Assembly (NCBI GenBank): GCA_964516885.1
Contig: CAZEXX010000001.1
Coordinates: 1 to 51,437 of the forward strand
DNA length: 51,437 nt
Source: an uncultured Anaerolineales bacterium
Lineage (GTDB): Bacteria; Chloroflexota; Anaerolineae; B4-G1; SLSP01
Direction of reading: 5' to 3'
Shown here: positions 1-8,840 of the stretch, piece by piece
How positions within the stretch are numbered: position 1 is the first letter of the stretch
Layout: every line of letters starts with the position of its first letter
The notes under the pieces: generated by a model
What the model saw: only the letters and a program-made list of their open reading frames with translations
What the model was told of the DNA's origin: nothing
The model's database searches: none
Made by a program: the position numbers and the translations under genes

Positions 1-402
1 ACCGTACGAGTCGGCAAGCGTAAACCAGCGTTTGGAGACCTGGGCAACCTGCCGGCCGCGACGGAGAAAACGATACTCGTAATCCAGGAAATTGCCTTTG
101 GCAAGCAGATTCGGCTCGCCCTTGATGGAGATCACAAAGCGCGACCCCAGAACCGACAGCAGTCGCTTCTGCACGATCGCGCACAGCCGCCCCCCGCAGT
201 AGATCCTGTACTGCAGACGCCAGCTGACAAGCTTCTGCCGGATATCCAGCAGCTCCCGGCCGTGGACATCCTCAAACGAGAAACGGTCACGGATGCTGAT
301 CAGACGTCCCTTGACGACATAGACGTCATTTCCCTCGGCATCCCGGATGCGGAACTGATCTCGCAGCGAAAAGAGCTTCTGTCTCATCTGATAACTACGC
401 AT
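1..402 (-). CDS. LURP-one-related (DUF567, tubby-like) family protein, 3' end truncated by the window edge
   Basis: Absent from the ORF track because there is no stop in the window. The minus frame from ATG 402-400 (GAGGTG just upstream) reads MRSYQMRQKLFSLRDQFRIRDAEGNDVYVVKGRLISIRDRFSFEDVHGRELLDIRQKLVSW... and stays open to position 1. The pattern matches bacterial LURP-one-related proteins as I remember them. It starts 10 nt after the sulfatase stop. Confidence 0.55.
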   Translation of the reverse strand, partial: MRSYQMRQKLFSLRDQFRIRDAEGNDVYVVKGRLISIRDRFSFEDVHGRELLDIRQKLVSWRLQYRIYCGGRLCAIVQKRLLSVLGSRFVISIKGEPNLLAKGNFLDYEYRFLRRGRQVAQVSKRWFTLADSYG

Positions 403-412
403 GCTTCACCTC

Positions 413-1900
413 TCAGTAAACGTGCCGGATGCTGTCAAACTGGCGCAGGATCGGATCGTCCAACCGCACCATATGCTCGCGCATCAACTCGATAAGCTCA
501 TCCTGCAGCGCCTCGGTCTCCTGCAGGTCGATCAAGTTGTGCATCTCCCACGGATCATTGACCAGGTCGTAGAGTTCGCCGATATCCGAGTGATTGTAGA
601 CGAACTTGTGGGTACGCGTTCGCACCATACGCTGCTCAAAAGTGAAGAGCTGGGCAAAGAATTGCGCATAGACGCTCTCCCGACCCGTGGGCACGGATCG
701 CCCCAGCACTTGGCTGAGGATACTCTGGGTATCAGGCTCCTCCGGCGGCGGACGCCCAGCCACATCCAGAAACGTTGGATAAAGATCCTGCAGATAGACA
801 AACTCATCACTCACGCTGCCGGGAGCCTCACACTCAGGATGTGCCACAATCATCGGCAGCCGGTAACACTGCTCGTACGTAAAGGGGCCCTTCTCGATCA
901 GCCGGTGCGCGCCCATATTATCGCCGTGATCGGTGCTGAAGACAACAACAGTATCTTCGTCACACCCCAGCGCCGCCGGCTCTGCCAGGAGCAGACCGAC
1001 CAGGTCGTCGATCATCGTCACATAGCCCCAATAGCGGGCCACGATCTCGCGCCACCTGGCCCATCCGCCGTCGGAGAGACCCCAATAGCGCTCCACGAGT
1101 TGCTGGACGAAGGGCTTTCGCTCCCAGGTCTCGTCAAAGCTAGGCTCCACCGGAATGGAAGCGGGGTCATACATCGAATAGTATGGCTCAGGGATGAGAC
1201 AAGGCGTGTGAGGTCCCCAAAAGTTAGCCCAGATGAAGAACGGTGCGCCATCTGCATCGCGCTTCTCCTTCATCGAACGCATCAAGTCGATCGTGTCCTC
1301 GGCCACCATTGTCTCAAAACTGGACTCTATCCCCCCTGAATGCAGCGCATACATCTCCTGGCCCTGTTTGCCGGGATTATCCCCGTAGTGCGCCTCAAGG
1401 ACCTTGGGGCATTCCAAGCCGTGGGATTCGAGGTATTCCTTGTAGTGTGTGGTTGCACCTCGACTGTCGGCCGGCGGGCCGAAGCGCAGCCCTTCAACCA
1501 GACCCTTGTAGACAGGATAGCCGTAGCCGGGGAAGTCCTTTCCCTCGAAACCGTAATCTGTGGCCACCCCGGGATCATCCACGTGCCACTTACCCGCGTA
1601 GCCCAACTGGTAGCCGGCCTGCCTCAACTCGGAGCCGAGGTTGGGAATATCCGGGTTAAGCACCTGGTTGTTGACGCGGACGTGGTTCTTGTGCGGATAG
1701 ACGCCGGTGAACAGCGCTGCCCGTGATGGAGAACACGGGACTGTCGAAGTATAGGCACGATCAAAACGCACCCCCCGGGCCGCAAGCGCATCGAGATTCG
1801 GCGTCCGGCAGATCTCCGCCCCGTAGCATCCTAAGGTGTCGTAGCGATGCTGATCGGTGATAATCAAGAGTATGTTCGGTCGAGAGTCTCTTTCTGCCAT
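413..1900 (-). CDS. Cys-type sulfatase (arylsulfatase family), apparently cytoplasmic
   Basis: Track ORF is 413..1921. I prefer the ATG at 1900, which follows AAGGAGGGTGGG. N-terminus reads NILLIITDQHRYD and carries the formylglycine motif CSPSRAALFTG. No signal peptide is visible. Confidence 0.85.
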   Translation of the reverse strand: MAERDSRPNILLIITDQHRYDTLGCYGAEICRTPNLDALAARGVRFDRAYTSTVPCSPSRAALFTGVYPHKNHVRVNNQVLNPDIPNLGSELRQAGYQLGYAGKWHVDDPGVATDYGFEGKDFPGYGYPVYKGLVEGLRFGPPADSRGATTHYKEYLESHGLECPKVLEAHYGDNPGKQGQEMYALHSGGIESSFETMVAEDTIDLMRSMKEKRDADGAPFFIWANFWGPHTPCLIPEPYYSMYDPASIPVEPSFDETWERKPFVQQLVERYWGLSDGGWARWREIVARYWGYVTMIDDLVGLLLAEPAALGCDEDTVVVFSTDHGDNMGAHRLIEKGPFTYEQCYRLPMIVAHPECEAPGSVSDEFVYLQDLYPTFLDVAGRPPPEEPDTQSILSQVLGRSVPTGRESVYAQFFAQLFTFEQRMVRTRTHKFVYNHSDIGELYDLVNDPWEMHNLIDLQETEALQDELIELMREHMVRLDDPILRQFDSIRHVY

Positions 1901-1917
1901 CCCACCCTCCTTGGCAA

Positions 1918-3156
1918 TCACATATCCAGACAGTTCGCTTTGGCGACCTGGCCCAGCCAGCGTGCACTTGGCTTCACCGTCCGCCTCTGCGTGCTACGGT
2001 CCACCTCAATGATACCGAACTTCGGACCATAGCCCCGCATCCATTCGTAGTTATCGAAAGCCGACCACGCAAAGTAGCCGCGGATATCAATCCCGTCCGA
2101 CAGACAACGCCGAACTCCGGACAGGGCCCGCCGGTAGTAGTCCAACCGCTGCGCATCATCCTCTGTCCCAATGCCGTTCTCCGTGACATAGACGGGGAGT
2201 CCGGTCACTTCCACCGCACGACGTATCGTCATCTCCAGCGCCTCCGGCCAGACCTCGTAGCCCATCTGGGTCACAGGCACCCCATCCTCCGGTGGCAGGG
2301 GACCCTGCGGGCCATAGCGCTCCCGCGTATAGGTCTGCACGCCGATGAAGTCATCGCCGCGCGCGGCCTCCAAGAAGATATCCTGCAGCTCTCGCCGCGC
2401 CTGATCACGCAGCGCTTCGCCGCCGGCGACAGCCTGCATATCGCCCAGGGCCACCGTCATCCCCACGGGTAAGTCGCTGCGTTCAGCCTTGATCGCCGCT
2501 GCACTCTGCGCGTGTGCCGCCAGGATGATGTCGCGCTCCCGGGCGGTATCCGCGAAGAGGAAGGGGACCACTTCATCTTTGTCCATTCCAAACGCCTGAG
2601 CTGCTTGTTGCCGAAATGTAGTCTGCTCTGGGTTGCCGGCGTCACGCTTCATCCACTGACCGATCATCGACGGTATATTGACCTCGTTGATGGTACAGGC
2701 GGCCGCCATCAGATCTCCAAGGCCACTCGTCGCCTTCGCACAGTAGTCGGCAAACCGGCCGACCGTGTCTGGAGATCGCCAGCCGCCGCACGAGATCAGC
2801 CACCGCGGGGAGGTGAAGTGATGGTAGGTCACAACGGGTTGAAGCCCGTGACGGTGACACGTCTCCAGCATCCGCCGGTAATGATCGAGTGCGGCCTGAG
2901 AGAAATGGCCTGGCTGCGGCTCAACGCGTGCCCACTCGACCGAGAAGCGATAGCTGTTGAATCCAAGGTTGGCCAACAGCGCGATGTCGTCTGGATAACG
3001 ATGATAGTGGTCGATCGCGTCCCCAGAAGGCTCCGCAAACACAGTGTTGGCCAGATGCTCCAAGACCCAGAGGTCGCTGTTGACGTTATTGCCCTCGACC
3101 TGATGAGCCGCTGTCGCCGTGCCCCACAAGAAACCGTCGGGGAACCGCTCAGTCAT
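1918..3156 (-). CDS. GH1 family beta-glucosidase
   Basis: Track ORF is 1918..3255. The start is placed at ATG 3156, preceded by AAAGGAGGACAGCG. FPDGFLWGTATAAHQVEGNN and YVTENGIG are the classic GH1 acid/base and nucleophile motifs. Confidence 0.9.
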   Translation of the reverse strand: MTERFPDGFLWGTATAAHQVEGNNVNSDLWVLEHLANTVFAEPSGDAIDHYHRYPDDIALLANLGFNSYRFSVEWARVEPQPGHFSQAALDHYRRMLETCHRHGLQPVVTYHHFTSPRWLISCGGWRSPDTVGRFADYCAKATSGLGDLMAAACTINEVNIPSMIGQWMKRDAGNPEQTTFRQQAAQAFGMDKDEVVPFLFADTARERDIILAAHAQSAAAIKAERSDLPVGMTVALGDMQAVAGGEALRDQARRELQDIFLEAARGDDFIGVQTYTRERYGPQGPLPPEDGVPVTQMGYEVWPEALEMTIRRAVEVTGLPVYVTENGIGTEDDAQRLDYYRRALSGVRRCLSDGIDIRGYFAWSAFDNYEWMRGYGPKFGIIEVDRSTQRRTVKPSARWLGQVAKANCLDM

Positions 3157-3259
3157 CGCTGTCCTCCTTTCTGGGAACTCAATATGTTCATTGTATTGCA
3201 TCCTGGGAGCAAGCCAACTCTGGCGGATGTCGCACGCACACCTCAGGACCATCAATGGT

Positions 3260-3287
3260 TTGACAGCAACCTGCGCGTGAGTAGACT
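3260..3287 (+). promoter_or_regulatory. sigma70-like promoter for the FHA regulator gene
   Basis: TTGACA (3260-3265), a 16-nt spacer, then TAGACT (3282-3287), about 22 nt before ATG 3310. Confidence 0.4.
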
Positions 3288-3309
3288 GAGAAATCGTGGA
3301 GGCAGCACA

Positions 3310-3930
3310 ATGACGAACGATCCGACGGAAAAACCAGTCCCCTACTTAGAGGATCCCACAGGCCGCGAGCATCTGCTGACAGGCGAATCCGTGACAATCG
3401 GCCGTGCGATCGGCAATGACATCGTGATCACGAGCAAACGGGTCTCCCGCGAGCACGCGCGCATCCGTCGGGACGGGTGGCGACGCATCCTTGAAGATCT
3501 CGACAGCACCAACGGTACATTCTTGAACAACGAACGCATCGTGACGGGTCGAGAACTGCGGGACCGCGACCGCGTCAAGATTGGCGATGTTATGTTTACG
3601 TTCCACGACCCTGACATCACCTACAGCGACTCGGTCTTCCCGAACCTGGAAATCGATACGTCTGCAGGCGTCGTGCGCGTCAACCGGCAGATTGTCGAAC
3701 TGTCACCAAAGGAATTCATCTTGCTGGCCTACTTGCGCCAGCGCGCCAACGAGGTGTGCTCCAAGGATGAGATCGCGCATACAGTCTGGCCGGAGTATGA
3801 GAGCGATGTCTACGATTACCAGATCGAGAACCTCGTCCGGCGGCTGCGGGCCAAGATCGAAACCGAGCCGTCCGATCCACAATTGCTGCTCACCATACGG
3901 GGGCTAGGCTACAAACTGGTCCACGGATAG
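3310..3930 (+). CDS. FHA domain + OmpR/PhoB-type winged-helix DNA-binding regulator
   Basis: True start is ATG 3310 after GGAGG; the upstream part of track ORF 2512..3930 is antisense read-through of the GH1 gene. FHA signature: TIGRAIGNDIVITSKRVSREHARI...STNGTFLN. The C-terminus (LSPKEFILLAYL...YQIENLVRRLRAKIE...IRGLGYKL) looks like a trans_reg_C domain. Confidence 0.85.
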   Translation: MTNDPTEKPVPYLEDPTGREHLLTGESVTIGRAIGNDIVITSKRVSREHARIRRDGWRRILEDLDSTNGTFLNNERIVTGRELRDRDRVKIGDVMFTFHDPDITYSDSVFPNLEIDTSAGVVRVNRQIVELSPKEFILLAYLRQRANEVCSKDEIAHTVWPEYESDVYDYQIENLVRRLRAKIETEPSDPQLLLTIRGLGYKLVHG

Positions 3931-4098
3931 CCAACTGTTATCTCAACGCTAGGCAGACGCCACAGATTGTGCCTAAGATATGGACAGGAATCGGATCTCG
4001 ACAGACGTCGAGCACGCAGGCATCCGAAACCTACTGGTAACTCAGACAATGATGGGGCGGAGGCCGGAATAGTGCCGGAACAACGACAACGAGACAAC

Positions 4099-5658
4099 AT
4101 GGCCAAGACTTCACGAGAGGGAACGACACTGGGGCGATACAGGCTCCTGGAAACTCTGGGGCACGGGGGCATGGCGCGGGTCTACCGCGCGTATCATCCC
4201 CAACTCGATCGCTATGTTGCCATCAAGATCCTCCGCTCTGACCTGGTTGATGACGCGGCGTTTCTGGCACGCTTCCAGAGGGAAGCACGCGCCGTGGCGA
4301 GCCTTCGTCATCCCCACATTGTGCGCGTCTTCGACTTCGACGTCGAGGATGACGCCTACTACATGGTGATGGAGTACCTCGAAGGCGACACGCTGAAAGC
4401 TCGCTTGGACGACTACCGCGTGCAAGGCGAGCGTATGCCATTGGGAGAGATTGGACGCATCCTGCTTGACGTCCTGGACGGACTGGCCTACGCTCACAGC
4501 GAAGACATGATCCACCGCGACGTGAAACCCTCCAACATCCTACTCACAAAACGCGGACTGGCTGTCCTGGGAGACTTTGGCATCGCCCATATGGTCGGCG
4601 GCACGCACTACACCGCCACCGGTGCGCTGATGGGCACACCGGAGTACATGGCACCGGAACAAGGCCTGAAGGGCTGCTGTGATGCCCGCAGCGATATTTA
4701 CGCAATGGGTGTGATCTTCTACGAAATGCTCACCCAACGGATCCCCTTTGAAGCTGAGACGCCGCTCGCCATTCTGATGAAGCACGTCAATGACCCGCTG
4801 CCCCTACCGCGCCAGATCAATCCAGACATTCCGGACGTTCTGGAGCGCGTGGTCCTCAAGGCCATGGCCAAGGATCCAGGCGACCGCTACCCGGACGCAG
4901 CTTCAATGGAAAGAGCGGTCACAGCCGCCCTGGAAGAATGCGGCATCGACCTCCCTGACCACGTCTCACACCCTCGCTCATTCACCACCATTGAGGCACC
5001 ATCGGAAAGCGTCCAGGTGATCTCCGGCCCACGCCTGCAGGGGCAGGTGGACACCGGAATTACCGAGGCGAACACCGACATCACGCTTGGGCAGCAGCTT
5101 CGTGACGCACAGCCGCCAACCACTAGAAAGGCAAGGCGACAAGCCCGGAAAGCAGCGAGGGCCGCCAAGGCAAAACGCCCGCCCAGGGGTCAACCCAGAC
5201 CACACCTTGCCATGAACATCTTCCTCTCCATCGGCATCGTGGCACTGGGCAACCTATTCGCCGTTACTCTGTCTTCCGTTTCCAGGGACTGGGCCATCTT
5301 CGGTATCGGCTGGTCGCAGGAACTCCTGTTGACCGGCGGCGCCCTCTTCATCCTGATGGCGACCAGCAAGACCATTTGGCTCTCCATTCCCGCCAGCCTT
5401 CTCGCAGCCAACGGTTTCATATTCGCCTACTGCACCTTCTCGGGCAACTGGCATCACTGGGCCTTTCTATGGGTCATCGAGCCCTGGGTGGTTGCAGCTG
5501 CTGTGATTATGTCAGTCCAACTCAGCCGGCAGCAAGAAGAGGCCCACAAGATCAGCTATCTCTTCGGCTGGGCGGGTGGCCTCACTACCCTCGTGGCAGC
5601 AGTGGCGGTGCAAGGTGGCGCGCTCGTCCTGAGCACTGTGCAGCGGGTCTTCAACTAG
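4099..5658 (+). CDS. Hanks-type Ser/Thr protein kinase with a polytopic C-terminal membrane domain
   Basis: Start chosen at MAKTSREGTTLGRYRL (ATG 4099). Kinase motifs are intact: LGHGGMARVY, VAIKIL, HRDVKPSNILL, DFG, GTPEYMAPE. A basic K/R/A-rich linker follows, then about 4-5 hydrophobic helices (5212-5655). Confidence 0.85.
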   Translation: MAKTSREGTTLGRYRLLETLGHGGMARVYRAYHPQLDRYVAIKILRSDLVDDAAFLARFQREARAVASLRHPHIVRVFDFDVEDDAYYMVMEYLEGDTLKARLDDYRVQGERMPLGEIGRILLDVLDGLAYAHSEDMIHRDVKPSNILLTKRGLAVLGDFGIAHMVGGTHYTATGALMGTPEYMAPEQGLKGCCDARSDIYAMGVIFYEMLTQRIPFEAETPLAILMKHVNDPLPLPRQINPDIPDVLERVVLKAMAKDPGDRYPDAASMERAVTAALEECGIDLPDHVSHPRSFTTIEAPSESVQVISGPRLQGQVDTGITEANTDITLGQQLRDAQPPTTRKARRQARKAARAAKAKRPPRGQPRPHLAMNIFLSIGIVALGNLFAVTLSSVSRDWAIFGIGWSQELLLTGGALFILMATSKTIWLSIPASLLAANGFIFAYCTFSGNWHHWAFLWVIEPWVVAAAVIMSVQLSRQQEEAHKISYLFGWAGGLTTLVAAVAVQGGALVLSTVQRVFN

Positions 5659-5806
5659 ACAGATCTCGGGTTCACAACAGCGCCGGGTTCGATGTGAACC
5701 TGGCGCTGTTGTATGTAATGTTAGCCACCTGTTAGCCTAACGATGGGCACCATAAGCCGGAGACCATTACTATGGACACAGATAGGGTTCACAGTGTGGA
5801 GGGATT

Positions 5807-6541
5807 ATGAATAGGAAACTTATGACGGGCATCGGTGCGACATTGGTCGTCGTCGGAGTCATAGCCCTGGCATCCAGTGTTTTCGGGCTGCTGTTTGGCT
5901 TCAGGATTTGGCAGCTATGGCCCTTGGTCGTCATCACAGCAGGTCTGCTGGTCACTGCGCCGGCGGTCTTTGTCCGGAATCGTCGCGGGCTCGGCGCGCT
6001 TTACGTGCTCGGGTTGCCCATCGTCACCACAGGCGTGCTGTTGCTCTTCGCCAGCGTCTTCCGTTGGCGGAATGTTTGGTCAATTCTATGGCCGCTGGAG
6101 GTTCTCAGTGTTGCGGTCGGCTGTCTTCTGGCTGCTATCAAGGCGAAGGCCCACTGGCTTCTCGTGCCGGCAATCATCATCGGCGCCAATGGGCTGATTC
6201 TACAGTTCTGTGCCATCACCGGCTGGTGGCATGCGTGGGCGGTCCTCTGGGCGGTTGAGCCCATCGCCGTCGGGATCTCTCTGCTGACAGTCAACACCCG
6301 CCGGCCAAGCAGAGGCTTGCTGACAACCGGCTTGGTCTTCTGTGCCATCGGTGCGATCGGGTCGATGGCAGGCGTGGCCACCGCATCCCTATCCGCGCTG
6401 CGCCCCTTGTGGTGGCTATTGCGTTGGCTGGCGCCGGCGACGGTCATCCTGCTCAGCGCAGGCCTGCTCGGCGCAGGACTGGTCTTCTGGGGCACGACGC
6501 GTAGCGGCGTCGTCCCGGATGTGCCGGTTCCTGCCGAGTAG
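5807..6541 (+). CDS. polytopic membrane protein, paralogous to the kinase C-terminal membrane domain
   Basis: 244-aa ORF after GGAGGG. It is almost entirely hydrophobic helices with repeated W-x-x-LWPL/EP motifs. By hand alignment, about 20 of 42 ungapped positions match kinase residues KTIWLSIPASLLAANGF...LWVIEPWV. Confidence 0.7.
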   Translation: MNRKLMTGIGATLVVVGVIALASSVFGLLFGFRIWQLWPLVVITAGLLVTAPAVFVRNRRGLGALYVLGLPIVTTGVLLLFASVFRWRNVWSILWPLEVLSVAVGCLLAAIKAKAHWLLVPAIIIGANGLILQFCAITGWWHAWAVLWAVEPIAVGISLLTVNTRRPSRGLLTTGLVFCAIGAIGSMAGVATASLSALRPLWWLLRWLAPATVILLSAGLLGAGLVFWGTTRSGVVPDVPVPAE

Positions 6542-6656
6542 GCGACGACCCACAACCACCTCAGACCGTCAAGCGTAACTCTCACCGGACCTGTGTGTAA
6601 TAATAGTTGATTACAGGCTGCCACGAAACTCAGAGCTACGGAATAAGGTAGAGACT

Positions 6657-7358
6657 ATGTTGACTTCAATAATCTACTGGCTATCAAGGCCGATTATCGG
6701 ACTGTATGGGCGGATGCTGAAGTTGGATGTGGTTAGGCACGAGCGCTTGCCCAAAGGGCCCAAGATTGTCACACCCAACCACCCGACGACTTCCGATCCC
6801 TTCCTGGCGACCTACGCGCTGCGTGAGCCATCGGCCACGCTGGTGATCAACCACGCCTTCGATGTGCCCGGATTCGGGGCCTACCTACGGGCTTCGGGGC
6901 ACATCCCTGTCGTCGAAGGGGAGGGACGGCAAGCCTTTGAGGCTGCCGAGGCACATCTTCGCAACGGGGGGACGCTCATCTTGTTCCCGGAGGGGCACCT
7001 CAGCCCACGCGAAGGTGGACTCCTTGAACCCCATACGGGAGCAGCCCGGCTGGCCTTGATGACCGGAGTACCCATTATCCCCATGGGAATCAGCGTGTCA
7101 CCACGCGGACTCTGGCATATGGAGAGCGACATCGGCAACGAATGGGTTGCCAGCCGCTGGGCGCTACGCGGTCCATACGGGATCACCATCGGCCGCCCCC
7201 TCCACGTGGAGGGCAACGTCGAGGATCGCACCTTCGTGAAGATGGCCTCCAGGCGCGTCATGCAGCATATCATCGAGCTAGCCCACGAGAGCCAGGAACG
7301 CCTCCAGGCTCCCCACCTGTGGCCGTCCATACTGGAACCGCTCGTCCCGGTGCGCTGA
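6657..7358 (+). CDS. 1-acyl-sn-glycerol-3-phosphate (lysophospholipid) acyltransferase family protein
   Basis: HX4D motif NHPTTSDP and the FPEGH motif. RBS AAGGTAGAG upstream. Confidence 0.8.
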   Translation: MLTSIIYWLSRPIIGLYGRMLKLDVVRHERLPKGPKIVTPNHPTTSDPFLATYALREPSATLVINHAFDVPGFGAYLRASGHIPVVEGEGRQAFEAAEAHLRNGGTLILFPEGHLSPREGGLLEPHTGAARLALMTGVPIIPMGISVSPRGLWHMESDIGNEWVASRWALRGPYGITIGRPLHVEGNVEDRTFVKMASRRVMQHIIELAHESQERLQAPHLWPSILEPLVPVR

Positions 7359-7378
7359 TCAGAAGACGCTCACGGCCA

Positions 7379-7657
7379 CTATTTACGGCGGTGAGCCAGC
7401 TCCACGCGCACGTCGTCCAGCGTCAGATTCCGCGAAGCCAACAAGACGAACAGATGGTATAGGAGATCGGCGGACTCCTCAATCAGCCGTTCATCGCTCT
7501 GCCCCTTGCCCGCCAGGATGACTTCCACCGCCTCTTCGCCGACTTTCTTGAGGACCTCGTCGCCACCGGACAACAACTTCGCCGTGTAGGAGCCCGACGT
7601 CGGGTTCTCCTTTCGATCGAGAATCACCGCAAACAGCTCGTCCAGCACATCGCTCAT
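7379..7657 (-). CDS. hisE: phosphoribosyl-ATP pyrophosphatase
   Basis: Start at MSDVLDELFAVILDRKENPTSGSYTAKLL (ATG 7657). The pattern EEAVEV...ESADLLYHLFVLL is typical of HisE. Confidence 0.85.
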   Translation of the reverse strand: MSDVLDELFAVILDRKENPTSGSYTAKLLSGGDEVLKKVGEEAVEVILAGKGQSDERLIEESADLLYHLFVLLASRNLTLDDVRVELAHRRK

Positions 7658-7700
7658 ACGCCCCCCCCAAGGTCTTTGACCCGAGTCCCCGGCCAGACGT

Positions 7701-8024
7701 TCAATCTGGCCAGATCTTCCGGTAGAAGCAGCTCTGCTCACCGGTATGGCAGGCAGGCCCTGTCGGCTCGACTTTCACGACTAACGTATCCGCATCGCAG
7801 TCCACCCAGATCTCGCGGACGCGCTGCACATTTCCCGACGTCTCCCCCTTGTGCCACAGCTCCTGCCGGCTGCGGCTCCAGAAGTGCGCCTCGCCGGTCT
7901 CCTGCGTAAGCCGCAGGGAGTCCGCATTCATCCACGCTACCATCAGAATCTGGCCCGTGGCGACATCCTGCAGCACCGCGGGGATCAGCCCGCGATCATC
8001 GAACTTCAGTGGGACTTCAGACAC
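7701..8024 (-). CDS. hisI: phosphoribosyl-AMP cyclohydrolase
   Basis: GLIPAVLQD...MVAWMN...[17 protein letters not shown]...[18 protein letters not shown]. Confidence 0.9.
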   Translation of the reverse strand: MSEVPLKFDDRGLIPAVLQDVATGQILMVAWMNADSLRLTQETGEAHFWSRSRQELWHKGETSGNVQRVREIWVDCDADTLVVKVEPTGPACHTGEQSCFYRKIWPD

Positions 8025-8027
8025 TGT

Positions 8028-8825
8028 TCAGTCGCCCCCTTCCCAATGACGCACCGTCACACCGTGCGCAGCCAGGTACGATTTCACCGCGCCGATCCCC
8101 AGCACCCGATCGTGGAAGAGCGACGCGGCAAGCGCCGCATCAGCCTTGCCCTCCGTCAGGACCTCGGCAAAGTGCGCCAGCGTCCCAGCGCCCCCGCTGG
8201 CGATCACCGGCACCGGCACGGCCTCAGCCACCGCTCGCGTGAGTTCGATATCGTAGCCGGCAAGCGTACCATCACCATCCATGCTCGTCAGGAGGATCTC
8301 GCCTGCACCAAGCTCCACACCACGCACACACCATTCCACAACATCCAGCCCGGTGGGGACGCGTCCCCCGTTGATGTACACTTCCCACTTCGCGGGGTCA
8401 GGCGAACAGGAGCTGTTCGCGGACACCCGCTTGGCGTCGACGGCGAGCACGATGCACTGGCTGCCGAAACGTTCTGCGCCGGCGGTGAGGATCTCCGGGG
8501 TGCGCACCGCCGCCGAGTTGATGCTGACCTTATCGGCACCCGCCAGCAGTAGGTTACGCACATCATCAATCGTTCGCACACCACCGCCGACGGTGAAAGG
8601 CATGAAGACCTCGACCGCAACCCGTCGAACTATGTCGATCATCGTCTTGCGTCCCTCGATGGTCGCGGAGATGTCTAGGAGGACCAATTCATCCGCCCCC
8701 TGGACATCATAAATGCGGGCCTGCTCAACTGGATCACCTGCATCACGCAGGTTGACGAAGTTCACACCTTTGACCACACGTCCTTCCCTGACATCGAGAC
8801 AGGGGATTATCCGCTTAGCCAACAT
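8028..8825 (-). CDS. hisF: imidazole glycerol phosphate synthase, cyclase subunit
   Basis: [23 protein letters not shown]...; AAGGAGG RBS. Sits directly after hisA in the operon. Confidence 0.95.
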   Translation of the reverse strand: MLAKRIIPCLDVREGRVVKGVNFVNLRDAGDPVEQARIYDVQGADELVLLDISATIEGRKTMIDIVRRVAVEVFMPFTVGGGVRTIDDVRNLLLAGADKVSINSAAVRTPEILTAGAERFGSQCIVLAVDAKRVSANSSCSPDPAKWEVYINGGRVPTGLDVVEWCVRGVELGAGEILLTSMDGDGTLAGYDIELTRAVAEAVPVPVIASGGAGTLAHFAEVLTEGKADAALAASLFHDRVLGIGAVKSYLAAHGVTVRHWEGGD

Positions 8826-8840
8826 AGCGCCTCCTTGTAC

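Noticed and set aside
401-1339. Long ORFs antisense to confident genes. Examples: 401..1339 (+), 7851..8552 (+), 15059..15721 (+), 17010..17615 (+), 18983..19732 (+), 25440..26198 (+), 28100..28732 (+), 47190..47885 (+), 47717..48388 (+).
   Set aside because: They lie opposite genes with clear family motifs and RBSs. Their translations are Arg/Pro/Ser/Ala-rich junk typical of antisense frames in high-GC DNA, and none has a recognisable motif or SD.
2512-3309. The 5' two-thirds of the 472-aa track ORF 2512..3930 (+).
   Set aside because: This part is antisense to the GH1 gene and merely reads in frame into the real FHA regulator. The real gene starts at ATG 3310 behind a GGAGG and a promoter.
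5683-5700. tRNA-like GGGTTCGAT (T-loop-like) sequence.
   Set aside because: No T-stem pairing, acceptor stem or anticodon arm can be drawn around it. It is part of the interleaved hairpin element instead.
7658-7700. hisI and hisE as a frameshift-split hisIE fusion, with the C8/G8 homopolymer at 7661-7668 as a slip site.
   Set aside because: hisI ends in a clean TGA, and hisE has its own ATG in a different frame. Both proteins are full length, and separate hisI and hisE genes are normal in many phyla.
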